The position numbers and the translations under genes are program-made. The notes beneath the pieces are model-generated. The model saw nothing but the letters and a program-made list of their open reading frames with translations. It did no database searches and was not told the origin of the DNA. 64,000 nt of DNA from an uncultured delta proteobacterium (GTDB lineage: Bacteria; Myxococcota; Myxococcia; Myxococcales; Myxococcaceae): positions 1,248,001-1,312,000 of the forward strand of contig CAWCKH010000004.1 of NCBI GenBank assembly GCA_963796055.1, given 5' to 3'. Shown here one piece after another: positions 9,423 to 18,762 of this stretch; position 1 is the first letter of the stretch, and each line of letters starts with the position of its first letter.

Positions 9423-10757
9423 TTACAGAGAGCGAAGGAAGGTGAGCAGCTGCTCCTGCGACTGGGGCGGGAGTGCATCGAACGCCTTCCGGGCTCCTCC
9501 CGCCTCTCCCTGGTGCCGGGCGATGGCCTCCCGGAGGGTGGACGAGAGCCCGTCGTGCATCAGCCGGCTCCGGGTGCGGAGACCCCACAGCGGCGCGGTG
9601 CGGATCCGGTTGGCGCTGGCGGCGAAGGTCTCCTGCATCCCGACGAACTGCGGGCCGTGGTGCTCCGGGACGGCGAGCACGATGCCGTCGCCCGACCCCA
9701 CGTCGTGCGTCAGGTAGTCGCTGTAGGGATGGATGGTGCGGCTCCCCAGCGCCGGCGGGACACGGTAGTCACCGCCGAGGAGCGGCGTGCCGGCGGGCAT
9801 GGTGGTGAGCGTCGGCGCGTGGCAGACCGCGCAGCCGATGGTCTCGAAGAGCGTCCCGCCGTTTCGCGCCTCGGGGGTGGCTGCCAGCCGCGCGTCCCGG
9901 GGCGGAGCCTTGGTGGCCCGGATGAAGCGGGCGAAGCGTTCCAGATCGGTGACCCCGGTCTCGTCGGGCCCGTCCTCCGGATCGGCCACCGAGTCGCAGA
10001 GCGAGGTGACGTCCACCGGCCGGAGCCGGCTGGTCACGCCCATCTCGTTCAGGTACGCGTCCGCGGAGAACGAGAGCAGGCTGGCGTGCTCCGACTTCCA
10101 GCCGAACCGACCGACACGGACGGTCCCCGGTGACTCGAGCACCGGCACCAGCATCGGCGTCCCGCACACGCCGAGCTCGGGCTGGCCGCACTGCCACCGC
10201 GCGATGGCCTGGAGCAGCTCGTCGGGCACCGCCTCGACGTAGCCGTCGCCGAGCAGGCTGATGGAGATCCGCAGGGCGCGGATGTCCTCTCCGTCGGGGA
10301 GGTGCTCCTGGGCGTCACGGTCCGGGAACTCGGCGCCGGGGCAGATCGCCTTGTCGTTGATCAGCGTCCTTCCACTGACGACGACGGTGCCACCTCCGAT
10401 GCGGACCTCGGGAAAGTGGAACACACCTTGTGCGTCGCGGTGCCCGGCGCGGAGCTCGGTCACCTGGCTGCCACCACCGGCCACCGGGTTCTCGTGGCAG
10501 TCGCGGCAGGAGTGCGCGTTGTAGAGCGGCCCGAGGCCCGAGGAGATCTCCTCCTGGTCGTCGAAGGCGGCCTGGTCCGACCGGTGGGTGGCGAGATCCA
10601 CCATCCCGTTCGGCTGGCCATCGAACGCCGCCGGCGCATCGCCCAGCTCCGGCGCCCGGGCAGGGGCCGGCTTGGGCACCGGGGCGTAGACCGGGGAGTA
10701 GGTCGCCGTCGGGGTGCAGGCGGCATAGACGAGGACACAGGTGAGCACCCACCGCAT
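9423..10757 (-). CDS. Di-heme oxidoreductase family lipoprotein (DUF1111-like)
   Basis: Two CxxCH motifs (CRDCH, CAVCH), GLGPLYN, GRFGWK, RTAPLWGL, LMHDG; lipobox-like YAAC. Confidence 0.8.
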   Translation of the reverse strand: MRWVLTCVLVYAACTPTATYSPVYAPVPKPAPARAPELGDAPAAFDGQPNGMVDLATHRSDQAAFDDQEEISSGLGPLYNAHSCRDCHENPVAGGGSQVTELRAGHRDAQGVFHFPEVRIGGGTVVVSGRTLINDKAICPGAEFPDRDAQEHLPDGEDIRALRISISLLGDGYVEAVPDELLQAIARWQCGQPELGVCGTPMLVPVLESPGTVRVGRFGWKSEHASLLSFSADAYLNEMGVTSRLRPVDVTSLCDSVADPEDGPDETGVTDLERFARFIRATKAPPRDARLAATPEARNGGTLFETIGCAVCHAPTLTTMPAGTPLLGGDYRVPPALGSRTIHPYSDYLTHDVGSGDGIVLAVPEHHGPQFVGMQETFAASANRIRTAPLWGLRTRSRLMHDGLSSTLREAIARHQGEAGGARKAFDALPPQSQEQLLTFLRSL

Positions 10758-10924
10758 GGGGCACCTCCGTGGCGTCCGCGCTCCCCCACCCCAGACGCTG
10801 CGGGGGAGGTTCTACCCCTCCGGGCAGCGGACGGGCAAACGGCCCCCAGGAGGGATTGCCCGGGCGAGCTCGCTGCAGCCCGCACCGGGTCCCCGTCACG
10901 CGTTCGGCACGGCGCTCCGGACGC

Positions 10925-11170
10925 TCAGGCCCGCTTCTTCAGCTCGGCCTGGTGCTCGCCGATGAAGGCCCGGATGTCGTCGGCCATGTCGAGCAGCTTC
11001 AGCCACTGCTCCTGGTACAGCGTCACCGGGAAGCGTCCGAGCCCGTAGACCGAGAGCCCGCCCTTCTCGCTGACCTTCATCGACACTGCACCGGACCGCC
11101 TGTTCCGGAGCGACTCGTTCTCCGCCTTCAGCCGCTCCAGCTCGGCCCGTAGCTCGTCCTCGGTGGGCAT
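10925..11170 (-). CDS. Small conserved-looking hypothetical protein, coiled-coil N-terminus
   Basis: 81 aa, typical codon usage, KVSEKGGLSVYGLGRFPVTLY motif. Confidence 0.7.
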   Translation of the reverse strand: MPTEDELRAELERLKAENESLRNRRSGAVSMKVSEKGGLSVYGLGRFPVTLYQEQWLKLLDMADDIRAFIGEHQAELKKRA

Positions 11171-11245
11171 GGGGGGAAGCGTGCACCGGCCAGGAGCCGG
11201 CGTCGAGAGGCGGGCACGATTGCCCGCCCCCCGGCGTCCGGCAAG

Positions 11246-11539
11246 TCAGGGCAGCGCCGAGACGAGCTTCCGGTACTCGGGCTCGGTGAAGACCCGCATG
11301 GTGTCGGTGCGGACGTTTCCCTGCGTGCCGATGCTCAGCGCCAGGCGCGCCGCCACCTCGTCGCTCGGGCCCTCCATGACCACCACGGCGTCGTAGTTTC
11401 CCAGAGCGAGGTAGAACGCCTTGATCTCCGCTCCGGCGGACTGGAAGGCCTTCTTCGCCGCTTCCAGGCGCGCCGGGCCTTCCTTGATGTTGCGAATGCC
11501 CTGATCGGTGAAGCGCATCAGCGTCACGTAGGTCGGCAT
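11246..11539 (-). CDS. GYD domain protein
   Basis: MPTYVTLMRFTDQG...LGNYDAVV; AGGAG RBS upstream. Confidence 0.85.
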   Translation of the reverse strand: MPTYVTLMRFTDQGIRNIKEGPARLEAAKKAFQSAGAEIKAFYLALGNYDAVVVMEGPSDEVAARLALSIGTQGNVRTDTMRVFTEPEYRKLVSALP

Positions 11540-11757
11540 TGTCACCACTCCTTCGCGAGGCCGACGCCGGCACTGTGCCTGCGCCGGTCGAGACACAGTG
11601 AACCCGTGCGCGGGTCGGCCGCAAGCGACGCCGGGCGCGGGCCCCCGCCCGGCCGTTGCCGCGGAGCTGAAATCCGCCCGGGCCCGATCGCTGGCCAAAG
11701 GACGCCATCGAGCGGCTCGGCTTTCCCCGACATCCCAGGAGGACCATCCTGGGGCCT

Positions 11758-12747
11758 ATGCGTGCCCAGGTGCTCGAGCGGCCGCGGACCGAGCTCGTGC
11801 TGCGCGAGCTGCAGCCCCCTGCGCTGGGCCGCTCTCAGGTGAGAGTCCAGGTGAGTGCCTGTGGCGTGTGCCGGACGGACCTGCACGTGCTCGACGGCGA
11901 GCTGAGATCGCCGAAGCTTCCGCTCATCCTCGGTCACCAGGTCGTCGGCACCGTGGTGGAGCGGGGTGCGGCCGTGACCGCGCCGGCGCTCGGGGACCGG
12001 GTGGGAATCCCGTGGCTGGGGTGGACCGACGAGACCTGCGCCTGGTGTCGCTCGGGCCGCGAGAACCTGTGCGTGGCGGCGCGCTTCACCGGCTACACGC
12101 TGGACGGCGGCTACGCGGAGCAGGCGGTGGCGGACGCCCGGTTCTGCTTCCCGCTGTCACCGGGCCTGGACGACGTGCACGCCGCCCCGCTGCTCTGCGC
12201 CGGGCTCATCGGCTACCGGGCCCTGCGGCTGGCGGGGAACGCCCCGCGCATCGGCTTCTACGGCTTCGGCTCCTCGGCACACCTCCTCGCCCAGGTTGTG
12301 GTCGCACAGGGCCGGGAGCTGTTCGCCTTCACCCGCGACGGCGACGGGCAGGGGCAGGCCTTCGCCCGCGAGCGCGGCGCGGTGTGGGCGGGAGGCTCGA
12401 GCGAGCGGCCGCCCGTCCCGCTCGACGCGGCGATCGTCTTCGCCTCCGCGGGCGAGCTGGTGGTGCGTGCGCTCGCGGTGCTCGCCCCCGGCGGCACGGT
12501 GGTCTGCGCCGGGATCCACATGAGCGACATCCCGTCGTTCTCCTACGACCTGCTGTGGGAGGAGCGGAGCATCCGCTCGGTGGCCAACCTCACCCGTGAG
12601 GACGGGCACGAGTTCCTCCCCCTCGCCACCCGGCTGGGGGTCGTGCCCGAGGTGACGGTGTTTCCGCTGGAACAGGCGAACGAGGCGCTCCAGGCCCTGC
12701 GCGAGGGGCGCTTCCGCGGCTCCGCCGTGCTCGCCGTCGGCCCCTGA
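11758..12747 (+). CDS. Zinc-dependent alcohol dehydrogenase
   Basis: CGVCRTDLH, LGHQVVG, CAWC..C structural Zn site, APLLCAG, GFYGFG. Confidence 0.9.
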   Translation: MRAQVLERPRTELVLRELQPPALGRSQVRVQVSACGVCRTDLHVLDGELRSPKLPLILGHQVVGTVVERGAAVTAPALGDRVGIPWLGWTDETCAWCRSGRENLCVAARFTGYTLDGGYAEQAVADARFCFPLSPGLDDVHAAPLLCAGLIGYRALRLAGNAPRIGFYGFGSSAHLLAQVVVAQGRELFAFTRDGDGQGQAFARERGAVWAGGSSERPPVPLDAAIVFASAGELVVRALAVLAPGGTVVCAGIHMSDIPSFSYDLLWEERSIRSVANLTREDGHEFLPLATRLGVVPEVTVFPLEQANEALQALREGRFRGSAVLAVGP

Positions 12748-12791
12748 GGCCCCGCACCGCTTGCGTCTGCGTCGCCCGGCTGCGGAGCGGC

Positions 12792-15700
12792 TCAGCGGGT
12801 GAGGACGAACGCGCAGACCGAGTCCAGCTGGAGCTGGAGCCCGTCGAGCGCCTCGGCGAGCCTCCGGTGGTGGGCGCGCTCCTCGTCGAGCTGCGCCTGG
12901 ATCGCCGCGGGCGCCAGCCCCTGGTGCCGCAGCGCCCGGTCCAGCCGCTCCAGCACCCGGTCGCGTTCGTCGTCCAGCTTCCTCCGCGCCTCCGCCCGGA
13001 GGGACCGCAGCTGGCCAGTCGCCGCGCGCGTGGCCTCGGCGATCGCCGGGTCGACGAACGCCGCCAGGTCGGGAAACGCGGCGCGGATCTGGTCGCCCTG
13101 GAGGGAGCGGCCCTCCTCGCGGGCCAGCAGGTCGAGCAGCTTCGGCTCGAGCCCGGGAGCGCCGTCCGGCCGGGCGGTCACCACCACCGGGATGAGACTC
13201 CGGTCGAGCACGCGCGAGAGCTGCCGCGAAGGCACGCGGGACCCGGGGCTGGTGTCCTCGGGCTCGGGCGGCACGACGTGGAACAGGACCTCGAGCCCGC
13301 GGGCCGTCGGGCCACGGTGCTGGATGGCCCGGCAACCGTTTCGACCGTAGGGCCCGTCGCGCAGGAAGCCGAACAGCGCCTCGACGATGGGGTGCCCGGT
13401 GGCGAAGAAGTCGATCTCCTCCTGCTCCACCGCGGTGTCGCGCCAGAAGGTCCCGAGCACGGTGCGCTCCTCGCCCAGCTGCAGCCCGGGCAGCGCCTCG
13501 ACTTTGAGCGCGTGGCCGAAGTGGAACGCGCACTGGAAGGCGTCCACCTGCTCGTCGGTGTCGACGCCGATGCCCACCCGCCGCGCCAGCTCGGTCACCG
13601 CCTCCTCGAGCCGCTCGTCCAGGTCGCGGGCGATGGCCCACAGCCCGTCCTCGAGTGAACCGCCCTCTTCGAGGTCGAGCCCCATGCGGGCGCCGGCCCG
13701 GTCGACCAGGGCCTGCACCGCGTCCCGGTCGAAGCTGCGCTCGTCGAGCAGCGGGTCGTACGCACGGCGGATGGCGCTCCGGGCCTCGGCCACGCGGGCG
13801 GCGAGCGCGGTCCGGTACTCGGCGCGCTCCATCGGGCTGGCCAGGGCGAGCTCGAGGATGCGGGGCTCGACCTCTTCCAGCACCGCATCCAGGCCACCCA
13901 CCGTCTCTCCGAAGACCCCCACCGCATCCGCCAGCAGCGACAGCACGTCGGAGGCCAGCGCGCCCCGAACGTCGAACACGTGGATGTCCACCGGCTGGGT
14001 CTGACCGATGCGGTCCAGCCGGCCGATGCGCTGCTCCATGGTGGCCGGGCTCCAGGGCAGGTCGTAGTTCACCAGGTGGTGGGCGAACTGGAAGTTGCGC
14101 CCCTCTCCGCCCACCTCGGTGGACAGCAGCAGCTTCGGGCCGTCGGGGTCACGGAAGCGGGCCACCTGGCGGTCGCGCTCCACCAGCAAGAGATCTCCGT
14201 GGTAGCCGAGCGCCTCGATCCCGTCGGCGGAGAGCAGGGCCCGGAGACTCTCCAGCGTGGCCTGGGCCTCGGTGAAGAGCAGGACCTTGGCCTCCGGCTC
14301 GTCCTCCCAGATGTCGTCCAGCAGCGCCCGGAGCGCCTGGTACTTCGCGTCGCGCTCCGGGAGGACGGGCGGGGCGGGGAGCACCCCGCTCGCCGCCTGG
14401 GCGAAGGCGGCCGGGGAGGAGTCGAGGCGGCGGAGCAGTCCGGCGAGCGCAGCGCCCCGGATCGAGCCCGTCATGACGGCCCCGAGCACGGCGTCCCGGG
14501 CCACCCGCTCCGGCTCCGGCGGCTCGACCACGTGCCGGTGGAGCCTGCGGGCGCTGAACCCGCCCACGCGCGCTCGCCGGTTGCGGATCAATGCCTCGGA
14601 GAGGCTGTAGGTCTCGGCCAGGTACCCGAGGAGCGCCTGGCGATGCCGGAGCGTGGCCAGCGCGGGGTCGTCGGGAAACCGGGCACGCAGCGCGCTCACT
14701 GCCGCAGCGGCCTCCGGGTCGTCTCCTTCCAGCAGGGCGCGGACGGTGCGGGAGAGCGCCTCCTGGCGATCCATCCGCGCCCGGAAGGAGCGGGCGTCCG
14801 GCGCAGTCAGCGGATCGAGGAGGGTGAGGAGCGCCCGGTACTCGTCCGGGTCGAGCTGCATCGGCGTCGCGGTCAGGAGCAAGAGCCCCCAGGTGTGGGC
14901 GGCGATCGCCTCGATCGCCGCGAACGCCTTCTCGCCGCGGAGGTGATGCGCCTCGTCGACGATGACCAGGTCCCAGCCGGCGGCGGCGACCTCGCGGATC
15001 TCGTCCGGGGAGCGCGAAAGGAGCTCGAGGCTGGTGACGACGCGCGGGAAGCGTTCCCACGGGGAGGTGTCGGGCTCCTCGCGGCGACTGCGGGCGAGCC
15101 GGTCGCCGTCCACCAGGGTGAAGAGCTGCTGGAACTTGTGGAACAGCTCGGCCAGCCACTGCACCGTGAGGTGGCTGGGGGCGACCACCAGGACCCGCGC
15201 GGCGAGGCCGGAGAGGCGGAGCGCGGAGAAGATCATCCCCGCCTCGATGGTCTTCCCCAGCCCCACCTCGTCGGCGAGGACGAACCGTGGCCGGCGCGAC
15301 GAGAGCACCCGCTGCACCACGCCGACCTGATGCGGCTTCACCATCACCCGGCTGGCGAGCAGCGCCCCCAGCGCGTCGTTCCGACGTTCCTCGTCGAGCG
15401 TCAGCGCCTGGCGGCGGAGGAGAAAGGCGCGGGCATCGGCCACCCGGCCCTCGCGCAGGGTGGTGAGGAGGTCGGTGTCCGGCGGCGGCGCCAGGACCTC
15501 CGACTCCGGCAGCTCGTCCTCGGTCCCGTCCTCGTAGCGAAGGACGTACCGCCGCAGCCCGCGCCCACCGGGCTCCTCGCCGCTGACGGTCGCCGGTCGA
15601 CCCTTCGCGGTGCGGACCCGGTCACCGGGGGCGAACGGGTGCGGGACCAGGGTGTTGCCACGGGTGGAGACCAGCGTCGGCTGCGCTCGACCCGGGAACA

Positions 15701-15803
15701 GAACCTCGGCCACGGAGCCACCCTCGAACGTGCGAACGAGATGCCCCACGCCCCACTCGGGCTGCACGACGTACCGGACCTTCATTCCCGGGACGAACGC
15801 CAC
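12792..15803 (-). CDS. SNF2/RapA-like helicase-ATPase
   Basis: LADEVGLGKT, VDEAHH, LLTATP, GGEGRNFQ, EQRIGRLDRIGQ. Confidence 0.88.
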   Translation of the reverse strand: MAFVPGMKVRYVVQPEWGVGHLVRTFEGGSVAEVLFPGRAQPTLVSTRGNTLVPHPFAPGDRVRTAKGRPATVSGEEPGGRGLRRYVLRYEDGTEDELPESEVLAPPPDTDLLTTLREGRVADARAFLLRRQALTLDEERRNDALGALLASRVMVKPHQVGVVQRVLSSRRPRFVLADEVGLGKTIEAGMIFSALRLSGLAARVLVVAPSHLTVQWLAELFHKFQQLFTLVDGDRLARSRREEPDTSPWERFPRVVTSLELLSRSPDEIREVAAAGWDLVIVDEAHHLRGEKAFAAIEAIAAHTWGLLLLTATPMQLDPDEYRALLTLLDPLTAPDARSFRARMDRQEALSRTVRALLEGDDPEAAAAVSALRARFPDDPALATLRHRQALLGYLAETYSLSEALIRNRRARVGGFSARRLHRHVVEPPEPERVARDAVLGAVMTGSIRGAALAGLLRRLDSSPAAFAQAASGVLPAPPVLPERDAKYQALRALLDDIWEDEPEAKVLLFTEAQATLESLRALLSADGIEALGYHGDLLLVERDRQVARFRDPDGPKLLLSTEVGGEGRNFQFAHHLVNYDLPWSPATMEQRIGRLDRIGQTQPVDIHVFDVRGALASDVLSLLADAVGVFGETVGGLDAVLEEVEPRILELALASPMERAEYRTALAARVAEARSAIRRAYDPLLDERSFDRDAVQALVDRAGARMGLDLEEGGSLEDGLWAIARDLDERLEEAVTELARRVGIGVDTDEQVDAFQCAFHFGHALKVEALPGLQLGEERTVLGTFWRDTAVEQEEIDFFATGHPIVEALFGFLRDGPYGRNGCRAIQHRGPTARGLEVLFHVVPPEPEDTSPGSRVPSRQLSRVLDRSLIPVVVTARPDGAPGLEPKLLDLLAREEGRSLQGDQIRAAFPDLAAFVDPAIAEATRAATGQLRSLRAEARRKLDDERDRVLERLDRALRHQGLAPAAIQAQLDEERAHHRRLAEALDGLQLQLDSVCAFVLTR

Positions 15804-15923
15804 GGGAGGCGTTTGCTCTGCTTTCCGCAGGCACGCAAGCGTGGTGACGCCCGCGGAGGTCGTACGACTCCGGTCGGACTTGCCTGGCGGACGAGCAACG
15901 GTCCGTCGGGAAGCAGCGCCGGA

Positions 15924-17255
15924 TCAGCGCTCGACCGCCGCGGCGGATCCGAGCGCGCTCTGCTGCTGCGGACCGAGCCCGTGCAGGGTCAGCGCGTTGT
16001 CGCGGAGCACGCCCTTGCCGATCTGCAGCGCCTGCGCACGGGTCACCAGGCCGTCGCTGATCATCCGGGAGAGCGCGATGGCCAGGGCGGCCCGGGTGGT
16101 GTCCGCGCCGAGGAAGGTCAGCTCCGGCCAGCGCAGCTGAGGCGCCGAGGGATCCGACGCCGCGTCGGTGGCGAAGCACACCCGCTCCGGGGCCAGCTCG
16201 AACCAGCGGCGGAGCGACTCGCCCAGCTCGGTCGGCGAGCGCACCAGGTCCTGCACGCTCACGTCGGCGTAGACGTTGGGCCGGAGGAGCAGCGGACCGA
16301 TCTCCTTGTCGAAGGGATAGCCCCCGTGAACCAGGAGCCACTTCGTCTTCTGCAAGGTCGGGTCCGCCATCGCCGAGCCGAGGAGGATGGGGTTGCCGTT
16401 GCCCACGATGCCCGTGGCGTCGCGCGACATGCCGGTCTTCACGTGGACCACCAGCCCCACCCGTCCCGCCTCCCGGGCCAGGTAACGGAAGGTGTAGTCC
16501 TGGAAGGCCTTGAGGTCGGCCGGGTTGGCTCCGAACTCGCCGCCGATCACCAGCCGGCCGTAGGCGGACCGGGCGACCTCGGCGTTCACCTCGTCGAAGT
16601 CCAGGCTGCGCCACGCCGAGATTCCCACGTCGATGCCCACTGCACCCTCGGAGACCCAGCGCTCGAGCGCCGCGGTCACCACCTTCTGCAAATATTCGTC
16701 GAGCCCCTTGGGCAGGGTGTACATGCGCGCGGCGATGAAGAACGGTTTCAGCGCTGCGGCCGAGTCCTGGGCGAACGGACGGAGGAAAACGTCGGCGCGC
16801 GCCACGAAGCGGAAACGCTCCAGGCCCTTCCCGGTGAGCGGGTCGCCGGAGACGATTGCCATCTCGACGTTTGCCTGGTCGAGCATGCGGGTGGAGAACT
16901 CCGCGCCCAGGTCGTCGACCAGCAGCTCGCGGGCCTGCTGGAGCTCGGCGAAGCGCTTCTCGGGCTCGGTGAAGCGCTTGTCCGTGGGGTCAGGGACGTT
17001 GACCTTGTAGAGCAGCTTCCAGGCGCGGGCCCACTCCGGGCCGAGGCCGCGGAGACGGAGCGGCAGGTCTTCGGCGCTGCGCTGCTGGATGAGGCCCTTC
17101 CCCGACGGCTCCACCCGGTTGATCAGCAGATGAGAGTGCGCGTCGATGGCCTTCACCTTGGCCAGCTCGGCCAGGAGTGCGCGATCGGGCGACTGGGCGA
17201 GGACGGTGGAGGGCAGGACGACGGCGAGGAGGCACGGAGCGAGCCGACGGACCAT
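15924..17255 (-). CDS. Secreted amidohydrolase-family protein
   Basis: Signal peptide (..VLA-Q), IDAHSH, VHGGYP, NVYADVS, FATDA. Confidence 0.75.
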   Translation of the reverse strand: MVRRLAPCLLAVVLPSTVLAQSPDRALLAELAKVKAIDAHSHLLINRVEPSGKGLIQQRSAEDLPLRLRGLGPEWARAWKLLYKVNVPDPTDKRFTEPEKRFAELQQARELLVDDLGAEFSTRMLDQANVEMAIVSGDPLTGKGLERFRFVARADVFLRPFAQDSAAALKPFFIAARMYTLPKGLDEYLQKVVTAALERWVSEGAVGIDVGISAWRSLDFDEVNAEVARSAYGRLVIGGEFGANPADLKAFQDYTFRYLAREAGRVGLVVHVKTGMSRDATGIVGNGNPILLGSAMADPTLQKTKWLLVHGGYPFDKEIGPLLLRPNVYADVSVQDLVRSPTELGESLRRWFELAPERVCFATDAASDPSAPQLRWPELTFLGADTTRAALAIALSRMISDGLVTRAQALQIGKGVLRDNALTLHGLGPQQQSALGSAAAVER

Positions 17256-17356
17256 GGACGGCTCAAGCCTCGCACGGCTCGACGAGCCTCGCCATTCGTC
17301 CCGCCTGGCGCGGAAGTGCGACAACGGAGCACGTTGACCGGGCGCGGCCGACGGCC

Positions 17357-18655
17357 TCAGTCGAGCAGCGGGAGCAGGCTCCGGTAGAACGGCCGGAAAT
17401 CTCCGCGGGCGCCGAGCAACCGGAGATTCTGCTGCAGACCGCCGAAGGCCCGGATGAACATCACCCCTTCGGCGGGCGGTCGGATCTTCAAGAATTGCGC
17501 GGCGTGCCGGGCGAAGAGCTTACGGCTGTCGGACGCCATGGTGTCGTTCCGGTAGTCGTAGTCGTCGGTGCGCAGGGCGCGGCCGGCGACGTGGAGCAGC
17601 TCCTCCAGCAGCGGGCGCGCCTCGTCGTCCGGCAGGTCCACGGTGAATCCCACCCGGCCCACCAGCGCGAGCACGTCCACCGGGCGCTGCTCGAGGACCA
17701 GGCGGAACACGTCGCGGTGGCCCTCGAAGAACGCTCGGCTGAAGCGCTTCACGCTGCCGAAGTCGAGCACCCCGAGCCGCCCGTCGGGCATCACCATGAA
17801 GTTCCCGGGGTGCGGGTCGGCGTGCACGGTGCCGTCGACCAGGAACGCGCCGTGGATCGCACGGATCATCAGCCCGGAAATGCGGAGCCGCTCGGCGTTG
17901 TCCGGGTGCGAGGTGAGGAAGGTCCTGAGCGTCTGTCCGGGGATGAGCTGCATCGTCAGCACCCGGGTGCTGGTGCGCTCGTCGATGATCTCCGGGACGA
18001 CGATGTCCGGCAGGCCTGCGGAGGCCCGGGCGAAGTCGCGCGCCAGCCGTCCCTCACGGGAGTAGTCGAGCTCGTGCACCAGCTCCTCGGCCAGCTCGCG
18101 GAAGTACTGCCTGCCGTCGAGCGCCCGGTGGGTCCGGGCCATGGTCTTCACCACCAGACCCAGGTTGTCGATGTCGCTCCGGAGCGCCTGGTCGATGCCG
18201 GGGTACTGGATCTTCACCACCACCTCGCGGCCATCGCCGAGCCGGGCGTGGTGGACCTGGCCGAGGCTCGCGGCGGCCATGGGCTGGCGAGAGAACTCGG
18301 CGAAGAGCGCGTCGGGGCTGCCGCCCAGCTCGTCCTCGACGACCGCGGCGACCCGGTCGAAGGACATGGGCGGAGCCTCGTTCTGCAGTCGGGCCAGGAT
18401 CACGCGGACCTCGGGCGGAAAGAGGTCCGGATCCATGCTGGCAGCCTGGCCGAGCTTCATCGCCGCGCCCTTCAGGTCGCCCAGGGTCTGCACCAGCTTC
18501 TCGGCCGTGCCCTTCGACAGACTGCTCGGGTCGGCGCCGGCCAGCCGCTTCACCCCGCGGGTGAGCGCGTCGGTGCCGAGCTGCGCGCCGAGGCCAGCCA
18601 GCTTCCGCAGCCGGGCGAGTCGTGAGGACGGCGGCCCGTCCGGTTCGTTGGCCAT
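17357..18655 (-). CDS. ABC1/UbiB/AarF family atypical kinase
   Basis: KGAAMKLGQ, AAASLGQVH, VKIQYPG, ELDY, HADPHPGN, LDFG. Confidence 0.9.
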   Translation of the reverse strand: MANEPDGPPSSRLARLRKLAGLGAQLGTDALTRGVKRLAGADPSSLSKGTAEKLVQTLGDLKGAAMKLGQAASMDPDLFPPEVRVILARLQNEAPPMSFDRVAAVVEDELGGSPDALFAEFSRQPMAAASLGQVHHARLGDGREVVVKIQYPGIDQALRSDIDNLGLVVKTMARTHRALDGRQYFRELAEELVHELDYSREGRLARDFARASAGLPDIVVPEIIDERTSTRVLTMQLIPGQTLRTFLTSHPDNAERLRISGLMIRAIHGAFLVDGTVHADPHPGNFMVMPDGRLGVLDFGSVKRFSRAFFEGHRDVFRLVLEQRPVDVLALVGRVGFTVDLPDDEARPLLEELLHVAGRALRTDDYDYRNDTMASDSRKLFARHAAQFLKIRPPAEGVMFIRAFGGLQQNLRLLGARGDFRPFYRSLLPLLD

Positions 18656-18762
18656 GGGCTCGGGCTCACATAACGGCGGCGTATCCCCGGGTCGGTCCGA
18701 TGTCCAATGACGACCGATGCCGGCGTGTCGTCGGGGCAAGAGACCGTGGTACGCCAGCGCGC

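Noticed and set aside
12792..15803. SNF2 helicase as part of an anti-phage system (DISARM, Zorya etc.)
   Set aside because: Stand-alone RapA-like gene with no methylase, nuclease or other defence neighbours
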